From positions 1 through 25,754 of the forward strand of contig JBKHAE010000048.1 of the NCBI GenBank assembly GCA_046543065.1: a stretch of DNA of 25,754 bases, given 5' to 3'. The notes under the pieces are model-generated. The model searched no databases. It had not been told where the DNA came from and saw only the letters and a list, made by a program, of their open reading frames with translations. Position numbers and translations under genes: made by a program. Below are positions 8,123 to 15,741 of the stretch, one piece after another. Numbering within the stretch: position 1 is the stretch's first letter; every line of letters begins with the position of its first letter. The DNA is from Desulfobacterales bacterium (GTDB taxonomy: Bacteria > Desulfobacterota > Desulfobacteria > Desulfobacterales > Desulfosalsimonadaceae).

Positions 8123-11112
8123 ATTAACCCGCCAAACGGCCTTTTCCAGGCAGATTTCAAATCAGACACTGAAACCGAAATAAGCGAGCGCTTGCCCTCA
8201 AAAACATCCAAAACAGGTTTATCCGTGACTTCCCCGAGACAGGCGAATTGGCCGGGTTCGAACAAGGCTTCAAACGCCGGGGCATTGTCGGGCGCAAGTG
8301 AGATAATAAACCGGCCCGGGGTTTCCGAGAACAGGAGATGATCTGCAGGCAGGGATTGAGCCCCCGGCGCTTTGCTGAGATCCGCATTCAGGCCGAGGTT
8401 TCCGCCCATGGCGGTCATGGCCAGATGAACCCCTAAGCCGCCCCTATAGATGCCGTGGGCTGAGGCGACCAATCCTTTGTTAATGGCCTGATATAGCACC
8501 CGATAGATTATCATGAATGAATCATGGTGCACGCAGGGCACGTTTCTGCCGGTATATCCGAAGGCCGCATAATATTCGGAAGCCCCGAGTTCATCCCTGG
8601 TTTCGCCCAGCACATAGACAAGATCCCCCGCCCTTTTCACATCCATGGTCACGGTCCGCTCAATGTCTGCAATCACGCCGATGGTAGAAAACTGGAGGGA
8701 TTCCAGGGCGGAGAGTTTGTGGGTTTCTCCGTATCTGCCCGGCAGATGGCCGTCCACGTACATGGAGTCCTTTCCGGACAAAAGCGGGATTTCATAGGCC
8801 ATGCAGGTATCTGAAAGTGCCCGGCAGGACCGGACCAGTTGAGCCGATTTGAACCTGCCGTCCGGATTTTTTTCCGGATCATACTGGATGCTCGGCCAGC
8901 AGAAGTTGTCCACCCCGCCGATATGATCCGGGTCCGCCCCCACGGCGATCATCCGCCGGACGGCCTCGTCAATGGTACATGTGGTCATGTGATAGGCGTC
9001 AATGGCAGAGTACATGGGCAGCATCGCCTGGGCAAACACCAGGCCCCGGCTGGATGAGAGCACCGGCCGCAGCACCACGGCATCGCTGTTTACATCCCGC
9101 TCCGCCCCAACAAGCGGCTTGATGACACTGCCGCCCTGGACCTCATGGTCGTACTGGCGGGTGATCCATTCCCTGGATGCGATATTGGGCCGGGCCAAAA
9201 GATCGCTTAGCAGGCGGTTGTAATCCGCGGGCGGCCCGAGCACCGGCTCATAAAGCTCGCGATATTCCGGGGAACGCCACTCTGCATCAAACTCCCACTG
9301 CGGAAACCCGGACTGCAGCAGATCCATGTTGACATACGCGCAGGTTTGGCGATCATATTTGAGATGAAGTTTTCCGGAATCGGTATATTTGCCGATCACC
9401 GTACTCTCCACCGCGTGTTTTTCGGATAAGGCCATAAACCGGTCCACATCCTCAGGTCTCACCGCCACGGTCATCCGCTCCTGGGATTCGGACACCCAGA
9501 TCTCCCATTGATCCAGGCCGCTGTATTTAAGCGGCACCTGATCGAGCCAGACCTCACAGCCGTCTGAAAACCGGGCGGATTCGCCCACGGACGAAGAAAG
9601 CCCGCCGCCGCCGTTGTCCGTGACAAACTGGATAAGCCCCTGATCCCTGGCTTCCAGCAGAAAATCATGCATTTTTTTCTGGGTATAGGGGTCCCCGATC
9701 TGTACGTGGCCGGCCGGGGTATGCTCGGAGAAGGTTTCCGAAGACGCGGTAACCCCGTGGATGCCGTCTTTTCCCACCCGGCCGCCGCACATGATGATAC
9801 GATCCTCAGGGCTTGTGGTTTTTTGCTCAGCCGGTTTGCCGGCCACCTCTGAGGGCATGATCCCCACAGCCGTCACATATACCAGGCATTTGCCCATGTA
9901 GCCGGGATCAAAGATTACCTGGCCGAAGGTGGTCGGTATGCCGCTTTTATTGCCGCCGTCCCGCACCCCTTCGATAACCCCGTCCAGAAGGCGCCTGGGA
10001 TGTAAGCGTGGTCTAAAATCCCCGTCATAATCGCGCGGGCCAACGCAGAACCCGTAGCTTCCCATGACCAGACGCGAGCCAAGGCCCGTACCCAGCGGAT
10101 CGCGGTATACGCCCACAATCCCCGTGATAGCCCCGCCGTAGGCCTCCATATTGGAAGGGGAGTTGTGGGTTTCCCCGGTGATCACGTAATAATGATCCGC
10201 ATCAAACCGGCCCACGCCCGCATTATCCCAGAGGACGGATATCACCCAGTTTTTTTTATCCGCCAACTCCAGTGTAGGCTTTTTGATAAAGGTTTTAAAC
10301 AGATCATCCACCACCTCGGTTTGCCCGGTATCGAGATCGGTATAGCGAAACAGCCCCTGGAAGGTATTGTGATTGCAGTGGTCGCTTCTGGCCTGGGAGA
10401 TGTATTCAAGCTCCACATCCGTGGGGTCTGACAGGCCCATCTGTTTTCTGTCCGCCTGCACTGCAGGTTCCGTGAAATAGCTCCGGATGACCGGAATGTC
10501 GTTAAAGTTCAACGCCAGGTTGCGCTCATCGCTTATCCGTTTCAGAGTCTCGTCGGAATCAATGGGAATGGTGGTGAGCGTAGGGGTATGGTCCAGATAG
10601 ACCTTCGGAATGATCAGGCCGATACCGGTCTCCGGATCCCATTCAGATTTAGCAAATACCCGGGTCTGCTGGATAATATCGTTTGACAGAAGCTCGCGGG
10701 CGATCAGTTCCGCATCCGTTCGGGTAAGTTCCGGGCCGGTGATGCAGTATCGGCGGGATGTGTATACATCCGCACCCTCCGGAAACTGCATTTCCAGCAC
10801 ATCCTGAATCGCCTCCACCGCTGTGCTGGCCGGGTTATCCCGCACACCCGGTCGATAGCCCACCCACACGCACCAGTCAAAATCAAGGGGCAGTGGATCA
10901 TAGGAAGACGTCTGAATCACCGGGTTGGTAAATATCTCCGTCCGGATAATCTCCAGCTGCTCAGGCGAGAGTTCTGCATCAATGGTCAAAACCTGGATGG
11001 TTCGCACGCTTTGCACCGGCATGCGGAAATAGTCGGCCGCCTTTTTGCGGATGCCCTCGCCTTCGGCATCAAAGAGCTCAGGTTTTAAGGTGATTTCCAG
11101 CCTATGGGCCAT
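8119..11112 (-). CDS. purL: Phosphoribosylformylglycinamidine synthase, synthetase subunit with N-terminal PurS-like domain (PurS-PurL fusion)
   Basis: 997 aa. PurL blocks SDHCNHNTF, GETHNSPS and DNGGGGLSS with duplicated AIRS-like domains. The N-terminal ~75 aa resembles PurS (ITLKPELFDAEGEGI ... IFTNPVIQ). Confidence 0.92.
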   Translation of the reverse strand: MAHRLEITLKPELFDAEGEGIRKKAADYFRMPVQSVRTIQVLTIDAELSPEQLEIIRTEIFTNPVIQTSSYDPLPLDFDWCVWVGYRPGVRDNPASTAVEAIQDVLEMQFPEGADVYTSRRYCITGPELTRTDAELIARELLSNDIIQQTRVFAKSEWDPETGIGLIIPKVYLDHTPTLTTIPIDSDETLKRISDERNLALNFNDIPVIRSYFTEPAVQADRKQMGLSDPTDVELEYISQARSDHCNHNTFQGLFRYTDLDTGQTEVVDDLFKTFIKKPTLELADKKNWVISVLWDNAGVGRFDADHYYVITGETHNSPSNMEAYGGAITGIVGVYRDPLGTGLGSRLVMGSYGFCVGPRDYDGDFRPRLHPRRLLDGVIEGVRDGGNKSGIPTTFGQVIFDPGYMGKCLVYVTAVGIMPSEVAGKPAEQKTTSPEDRIIMCGGRVGKDGIHGVTASSETFSEHTPAGHVQIGDPYTQKKMHDFLLEARDQGLIQFVTDNGGGGLSSSVGESARFSDGCEVWLDQVPLKYSGLDQWEIWVSESQERMTVAVRPEDVDRFMALSEKHAVESTVIGKYTDSGKLHLKYDRQTCAYVNMDLLQSGFPQWEFDAEWRSPEYRELYEPVLGPPADYNRLLSDLLARPNIASREWITRQYDHEVQGGSVIKPLVGAERDVNSDAVVLRPVLSSSRGLVFAQAMLPMYSAIDAYHMTTCTIDEAVRRMIAVGADPDHIGGVDNFCWPSIQYDPEKNPDGRFKSAQLVRSCRALSDTCMAYEIPLLSGKDSMYVDGHLPGRYGETHKLSALESLQFSTIGVIADIERTVTMDVKRAGDLVYVLGETRDELGASEYYAAFGYTGRNVPCVHHDSFMIIYRVLYQAINKGLVASAHGIYRGGLGVHLAMTAMGGNLGLNADLSKAPGAQSLPADHLLFSETPGRFIISLAPDNAPAFEALFEPGQFACLGEVTDKPVLDVFEGKRSLISVSVSDLKSAWKRPFGGLI

Positions 11113-11166
11113 AAATGATAATACGATATCTGATGTTTAATAAATAAAATATTACTTACTTTCTCC

Positions 11167-11181
11167 CGCAGAGGCGCAGAG
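11167..11181. repeat. Arm 1 of a 15-bp perfect inverted repeat flanking the GxxExxY gene
   Basis: CGCAGAGGCGCAGAG at 11167-11181 is the exact reverse complement of 11579-11593. It lies within a longer imperfect IR (11166-11193 vs 11578-11605). Confidence 0.85.
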
Positions 11182-11193
11182 ACGCGGAGAGGG

Positions 11194-11577
11194 TTATTCA
11201 TCGAGGCCATTGACGCAGCGCGTGATACCTGCCTTCATCAACGCCTCTCCGAAATTTAACAGGTATCCAAGCTTGCACCCGGTCAGCCTCAGGTACGTCT
11301 GCACTTGTTTCTTGTGCGCAGCTGTCACCCGCTCAACCGACTTCAACTCCAGGATGACCTTTCGGGCAACGATGATGTCAGCTCGGAAGCCCTCATCGAA
11401 ACGCACACTTTTGTACTCGATCGCCACTGGGACCTGACGCTCGACCCTCAGCCCTCGGTCCTGCAGTTCTCGCGCGAGGATGACTTCGTACACCGTTTCC
11501 AGCAGTCCCGGACCCAGCTCTCAATGGATTGCAATGGCGCAATCAACCACAATCGTGCCGATCTCGTTCTCTGTCAT
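11194..11577 (-). pseudogene. GxxExxY protein (PD-(D/E)XK nuclease-fold family) interrupted by an in-frame TGA at codon 19
   Basis: The minus strand reads ATG(11577) MTENEIGTIVVDCAIAIH-TGA(11523-11521)-ELGPGLLETVYEVILAREL... and continues in the same frame to TAA 11196-11194, 128 codons in all. The family motif G-x-x-E-x-x-Y (GLLETVY) is present. The track splits this into a 74-aa and a 99-aa ORF. Confidence 0.75.
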
Positions 11578-11578
11578 C

Positions 11579-11593
11579 CTCTGCGCCTCTGCG
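11579..11593. repeat. Arm 2 of the 15-bp perfect inverted repeat flanking the GxxExxY gene
   Basis: CTCTGCGCCTCTGCG at 11579-11593 starts 2 nt from the gene's ATG. It overlaps the 16-mer TGCGTCTCTGCGCGAG (11590-11605), which is shared with 2974-2989. Confidence 0.85.
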
Positions 11594-11642
11594 TCTCTGC
11601 GCGAGTCATCTTTCTTTACGGTCCCAATATTATAGATTTTAT

Positions 11643-11733
11643 CGCAAAGCCGCAGAAATCGCAAAGGAAAGGTACCTTCAAAATTTCTTTGCGGGCTTGG
11701 CGGCTTGGCGAGAGGTTGAATCAAGCGATTCAA
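11643..11733. repeat. Patchwork of short repeats in the rseP-GxxExxY spacer
   Basis: CGCAAAG at 11643-11649 and 11660-11666, with its complement CTTTGCG at 11687-11693. Tandem GGCTTGGC x2 at 11694-11709. Hairpin TTGAATC-aagc-GATTCAA at 11716-11733, 8 nt downstream of the rseP stop. Confidence 0.7.
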
Positions 11734-11741
11734 ATTCCGGC

Positions 11742-12806
11742 TCACCCCGACACAATCCGCATGATATCATTATAAAAGACAAACACCATAAGCATCATCA
11801 AAAGCAGAATCCCCACCTGCTGGGCGACCTCGCGGGCCTTTAGGCTGACGGGCCGGCCGATGGCCGCCTCGATGGAGAAAAACATGAGATGCCCGCCGTC
11901 CAGCACAGGGATGGGCAGAAGATTTAAAATCCCCAGGTTGATACTCACCAGGGCGATAAAAAACAAAAGGTTTACCGCGCCCTGCTCTGCCTGCTCCCCC
12001 GCCATCTGGGCGATCATGATGGGGCCGCCCAGGGTTTCAACGGAAATCGCCCCCTGAATGAGCTTTACCACGCTCACAATGGTCAACTTGGTAATCATGT
12101 AAGTGCGGACAAGGCTCTCCTTGAAGGCATCGATCAGACCCATCCGTTTGGTCGAGGTCTCCCCGGCGGCCGTGATCCCGACCACATACCGGCTCTGCTT
12201 TTCGCCGAAAATATTTTCAACGCTTTGTTTTTCCGGGGCGATTCGCATCTCGATCGTTTGCCCGCCCCGCTCCACCAGAATTTCAAGCGGCCGGTCGGCG
12301 CTTTGGGTGATTATTCCGGCCATTTCCGACCAGTTCTCAATCGGCTGATCATTGATGCGCACAATGCGGTCGCCGGGCTTAAGCCCTGCGGATTTGGCCG
12401 GGGACTCGTCTTTTACTTCGCCGATCACGGGCTGGAGCACCATGAGCCCGGACACCCCGAATACGAAAAAGAAAATCAAAATCGCCAGAAAAAAATTGAA
12501 CAACGGCCCGGCCGCCACAATGAGCATGCGCTTGCCCACCGGCTTTTGGGTAAAGGATACGGCCTCATCCGCCGGATCAATTTCCTCATCCGGCTGCTCG
12601 CCCACCATTTTGACGAATCCGCCCAGGGGAATGGCGGAGAGGCAGTATTCCGTGCGGCCGACTTTTTTGCTGGCAATTTTCGGCCCAAAACCCAGGGAAA
12701 ATTTTTCCACGCCCACGCCAAAGGCCTTGGCACAGAGGAAATGGCCCAGTTCATGGAAAAAGATCAGAACCCCTAAAACGATGACAATGCCGATGATCAT
12801 ACTCAT
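11742..12806 (-). CDS. rseP: RIP (site-2) zinc metalloprotease RseP
   Basis: HELGH motif near the N-terminus, a central PDZ-like region, and an NLLPIPVLDGGH block. The start is taken at ATG 12806 (MSMIIG...), which overlaps the dxr stop as ATGA. The longer track ORF runs into dxr. Confidence 0.9.
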   Translation of the reverse strand: MSMIIGIVIVLGVLIFFHELGHFLCAKAFGVGVEKFSLGFGPKIASKKVGRTEYCLSAIPLGGFVKMVGEQPDEEIDPADEAVSFTQKPVGKRMLIVAAGPLFNFFLAILIFFFVFGVSGLMVLQPVIGEVKDESPAKSAGLKPGDRIVRINDQPIENWSEMAGIITQSADRPLEILVERGGQTIEMRIAPEKQSVENIFGEKQSRYVVGITAAGETSTKRMGLIDAFKESLVRTYMITKLTIVSVVKLIQGAISVETLGGPIMIAQMAGEQAEQGAVNLLFFIALVSINLGILNLLPIPVLDGGHLMFFSIEAAIGRPVSLKAREVAQQVGILLLMMLMVFVFYNDIMRIVSG

Positions 12807-13978
12807 GAAACAAGCCCTCCGCCATTCTCCGCCACCCACTGAAGCGCCTTCTCCCGGGCCCATCGATCCGCATACAGGATCTCCTCGATAACCGGCGATA
12901 AGACCGTTTCATGCGCTGCCATGGCCGCGGCAATCACCCGGGGAATCTGGAGAAATCCGATCTGCTCCTTTAAAAATGCCGCCACCGCCACTTCATTGGC
13001 GCTGTTTAAAACCGCCGGCATGGTGCCGCCGGCTTCACAGGCTTTATAAGCCAGATCCAGACAGGGAAAGCTTTCCATGTCCGGTGCTTCAAAGGTCAAC
13101 TCCCCCAGACTGGTAAAATCCGGCGGGGGAATCTGCATTTGCAGCCGTTCCGGGCAGGAAAGGGCGTAGGCGATCGCACCTTTCATATCCGGCAGCCCCA
13201 TCTGAGCGATAACGGATCCGTCGCAGTAGGAAACCATCGAATGGACAATGCTTTGCGGATGAATCACCACTTCGATTAAGTGATGGGACACATCAAAAAG
13301 ATGGGCGGCTTCGATGACTTCAAGCCCCTTGTTCATCAACGTGGCGGAATCAATACTGATTTTGGCGCCCATCTCCCAGGTGGGATGGGCCAGGGCATCT
13401 TTCGGGGTGATCAGGGGGAACCGTTCTCTGGGCAGGTTCCGAAACGGGCCGCCGGATGCGGTCAACAGCACCTTTCTTAAATCTTCCCGCCGGTTGCCGC
13501 ATAAGGATTGAAAAATAGCGCTGTGCTCGCTGTCCACCGGCCGGATCGCCACACCGGTCCGGGCCGCCTCCCGGGTGACGAGGCCGCCGGCCATCACCAG
13601 GGTCTCTTTGTTGGCCAGGGCGATATCTTTTCCGGCCCGGATGGCGGCCAGTGTAGGAAGGAGCCCGGCACCGCCCACCATGGCGGATACCACCACATCC
13701 ACACCCGCCAATGCGGCGGCCGCTTCATAGCCTTTGTCACCGACCACAACTTCGGTTCGGGCCCCGGCGGGCATGAGCTCCTTTAATTTCCGGACGCCGG
13801 AGGCATCATAGACCGCGGCCAGTTCGGGCTGAAAATGAGCGATCTGGTCTGCCAGGAGTTCAATGTTGTTCTTGGCCGTCAGGGCCTTAACCGCAAAGCG
13901 GTCCGGAAACATGGCGGCAACCGCCAGGGTGTTCCGGCCGATGGAGCCGGTGGCGCCCAGTATGGAGATGTTTTTCAT
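12803..13978 (-). CDS. dxr: 1-deoxy-D-xylulose-5-phosphate reductoisomerase
   Basis: GATGSIG NADPH-binding motif, LANKE and DSEHSAIFQ blocks. I prefer ATG 13978 (MKNISILG) over the upstream TTG at 13993. Confidence 0.95.
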   Translation of the reverse strand: MKNISILGATGSIGRNTLAVAAMFPDRFAVKALTAKNNIELLADQIAHFQPELAAVYDASGVRKLKELMPAGARTEVVVGDKGYEAAAALAGVDVVVSAMVGGAGLLPTLAAIRAGKDIALANKETLVMAGGLVTREAARTGVAIRPVDSEHSAIFQSLCGNRREDLRKVLLTASGGPFRNLPRERFPLITPKDALAHPTWEMGAKISIDSATLMNKGLEVIEAAHLFDVSHHLIEVVIHPQSIVHSMVSYCDGSVIAQMGLPDMKGAIAYALSCPERLQMQIPPPDFTSLGELTFEAPDMESFPCLDLAYKACEAGGTMPAVLNSANEVAVAAFLKEQIGFLQIPRVIAAAMAAHETVLSPVIEEILYADRWAREKALQWVAENGGGLVS

Positions 13979-14015
13979 ATATAAAACCCGCAATTAGGTT
14001 TTTAGGTATTATTTA

Positions 14016-14834
14016 TTAAAAAAACGGCAAAATATACGTTTTAAACAAATATGCGGTCGGCGCGGCAAAAAGCAAGGCATCAATGCGATCCAAAAGTCCC
14101 CCGTGGCCCGGCAGAATTGTTCCGGAGTCCTTGACCCCTTTGACCCGCTTGAATTCAGACTCAAACAGATCCCCGGCCTGACCGGCTATCCCTACTATGA
14201 TGAAAAAAAAGAAACACCCGGCAATGGACAGATGCGGCAGAAAAAGGAGCATAAAGCCGTAGCCGACCCCGATGTTTGCCAAAATCCCCCCAACCGCGCC
14301 TTCAACGGTTTTGCCCGGGCTGATGGCCGGACTTAACTTATGACGGCCGAAAAACCGGCCCGCGTAAAAGGCCCCCACATCACCGGCAAACACCACAAAC
14401 AGGAGAAAAAAAATCCATTGCACCCCTTCCATCTCAAGCCTTAGCAGAACCAGCGTGGCCAGGGCAAGCGGGATATAAACAAGCCCTTGAATCTCTTTGG
14501 CCACCACATCCACGACATCCGTGTGGGCCTTAAACCGGAAAAGGGAAAACAGGGCCGCGCCCAGTGTGTTAACAATAATCAATTCAGGGAGTATATGCCA
14601 GGCTTTGGCATAGGCGGCAAAAAGCAACCCCAGTCCGATAAGCCCGCCCCATAGGGGGATAATAACCCCCGCGGCCGGCTCCAGGTTTCTGAATACAATC
14701 CGGTAATACTCCCTCAGGGCGATGCCGGCAAGCAGCCCGATAAACAGAGTAAACAGGCCGGGCGGGGCATAATAAAGAAATGCGGCCAGAATGGGAATAG
14801 CGACAATGCTGGTGAGCCATCGTTTTAAATGCAT
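14016..14834 (-). CDS. cdsA: Phosphatidate cytidylyltransferase
   Basis: Polytopic membrane protein with the CDS signature GDLFESEFKRVKGVKDSGTILPGHGGLLDRIDAL. Confidence 0.9.
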   Translation of the reverse strand: MHLKRWLTSIVAIPILAAFLYYAPPGLFTLFIGLLAGIALREYYRIVFRNLEPAAGVIIPLWGGLIGLGLLFAAYAKAWHILPELIIVNTLGAALFSLFRFKAHTDVVDVVAKEIQGLVYIPLALATLVLLRLEMEGVQWIFFLLFVVFAGDVGAFYAGRFFGRHKLSPAISPGKTVEGAVGGILANIGVGYGFMLLFLPHLSIAGCFFFFIIVGIAGQAGDLFESEFKRVKGVKDSGTILPGHGGLLDRIDALLFAAPTAYLFKTYILPFF

Positions 14835-14876
14835 GTGGATGTTAATCCGGAGATAGATTTTCCTTCAGTTCAATAC

Positions 14877-14983
14877 GGTCGGCACGGTGGCCGACCCTAC
14901 GCCGTTTCCCATCCGGCAAATTTTCCTGTAGGGCAGGCCACCGTGCCTGCCTGAAAATAGTCAGGCGGCCCTTCGTGCCAGCC
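14877..14983. repeat. REP-like palindromic units (two clear inverted copies and one degenerate copy) in the uppS-cdsA spacer
   Basis: GGTCGGCACGGTGGCCGACCCTAC (14877-14900) matches the reverse complement of GTAGGGCAGGCCACCGTGCCTGCC (14928-14951) at 20/24 positions. All four differences preserve the internal stem. A degenerate third unit lies at 14964-14983 (15/20 to copy 2). Confidence 0.75.
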
Positions 14984-15000
14984 CGAAATCCGGAACCTGA

Positions 15001-15741
15001 TTACCCGCTCACGCGCCCGAACCGCCGTTCCCGCTGCTGGTAATCCTTTAATATCTGGACCAGCTCATCCCGCGTCAAATCCGGCCACAGGGTCTGGGTG
15101 ACATGAATTTCCGTATAGGCAATCTGCCAGAGAAGAAAGTTGCTGATGCGGAATTCGCCGCTGGTGCGGATCAGAAGCTCAGGGTCCGGCATGTCCGCGG
15201 TATACAGATGCTGACTGATAAGCTCGGGACTTATGGAGGCGGCATTAATTTCTCCGTTTGCCACCTGAACGGCAATTTTTTGGACGGCGGCAACGATTTC
15301 AGCCCGGCTGCCATAACTCAATGCCAGATTCAGCCACATCCCGTCATTGGCCGCGGTTGCCGACTTAGCTTCATTCAAAGCGTCCTGCACATTCGCAGGC
15401 AGCCGATCGGTCTGGCCGATGCTGGTCAGCCGGATATTGTTTTCCAAAAGCTCCTGCTTTTCATCGTTCAAAAACTTTTTCAGCAGGGTCATCAGGGCGG
15501 TGATTTCGGTTTTGGGCCGCTCCCAGTTCTCCGTTGAAAAGGCATACAGGGTAAGAAAGCGGATGCCGATCTCCCGGCAGGTGCGCACAACCATCCGAAC
15601 CGTTTCCGCGCCTTTTTCATGGCCCTTGACACGGTTTAACAGCCGTTTCTGGGCCCATCTGCCGTTGCCATCCATAATCACGGCGATATGGGCCGGCAGT
15701 TTTGCCGGGTTCAGTCCGGCTTGCGCCAGATTAAAGCTCAA
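15001..15741 (-). CDS. uppS: Isoprenyl transferase (undecaprenyl-diphosphate synthase family)
   Basis: IMDGNGRWA, LLIRTSGEFRISNFLLWQ and ERRFG blocks. The only in-frame start upstream of the conserved core is TTG 15741, which overlaps the frr 3' end by 11 nt. Confidence 0.92.
   Translation of the reverse strand: MSFNLAQAGLNPAKLPAHIAVIMDGNGRWAQKRLLNRVKGHEKGAETVRMVVRTCREIGIRFLTLYAFSTENWERPKTEITALMTLLKKFLNDEKQELLENNIRLTSIGQTDRLPANVQDALNEAKSATAANDGMWLNLALSYGSRAEIVAAVQKIAVQVANGEINAASISPELISQHLYTADMPDPELLIRTSGEFRISNFLLWQIAYTEIHVTQTLWPDLTRDELVQILKDYQQRERRFGRVSG

Noticed and set aside
11113-11193. Purine or ZTP-type riboswitch upstream of purL.
   Set aside because: Only 81 nt are available. About a third is the GxxExxY inverted-repeat arm and the rest is AT-rich without the conserved helices or loops of those riboswitch classes.
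11521-11745. 74-aa ORF on the minus strand listed in the track.
   Set aside because: Its last 18 residues (MTENEIGTIVVDCAIAIH) are the true N-terminus of the GxxExxY gene. The upstream 56 codons are read-through of the repeat-rich spacer (translated repeats such as SRRDAEAQR), not a separate gene.
12807-12863. Upstream alternative starts from the ORF track: rseP at 12863, dxr TTG at 13993, prmC at 19779, M48 TTG at 4263, antitoxin TTG at 2477.
   Set aside because: The extensions overlap the preceding gene or lack an SD, and they add residues not seen at the N-termini of these families. Internal ATGs with better SD spacing or ATGA-type coupling were preferred. These remain predictions.
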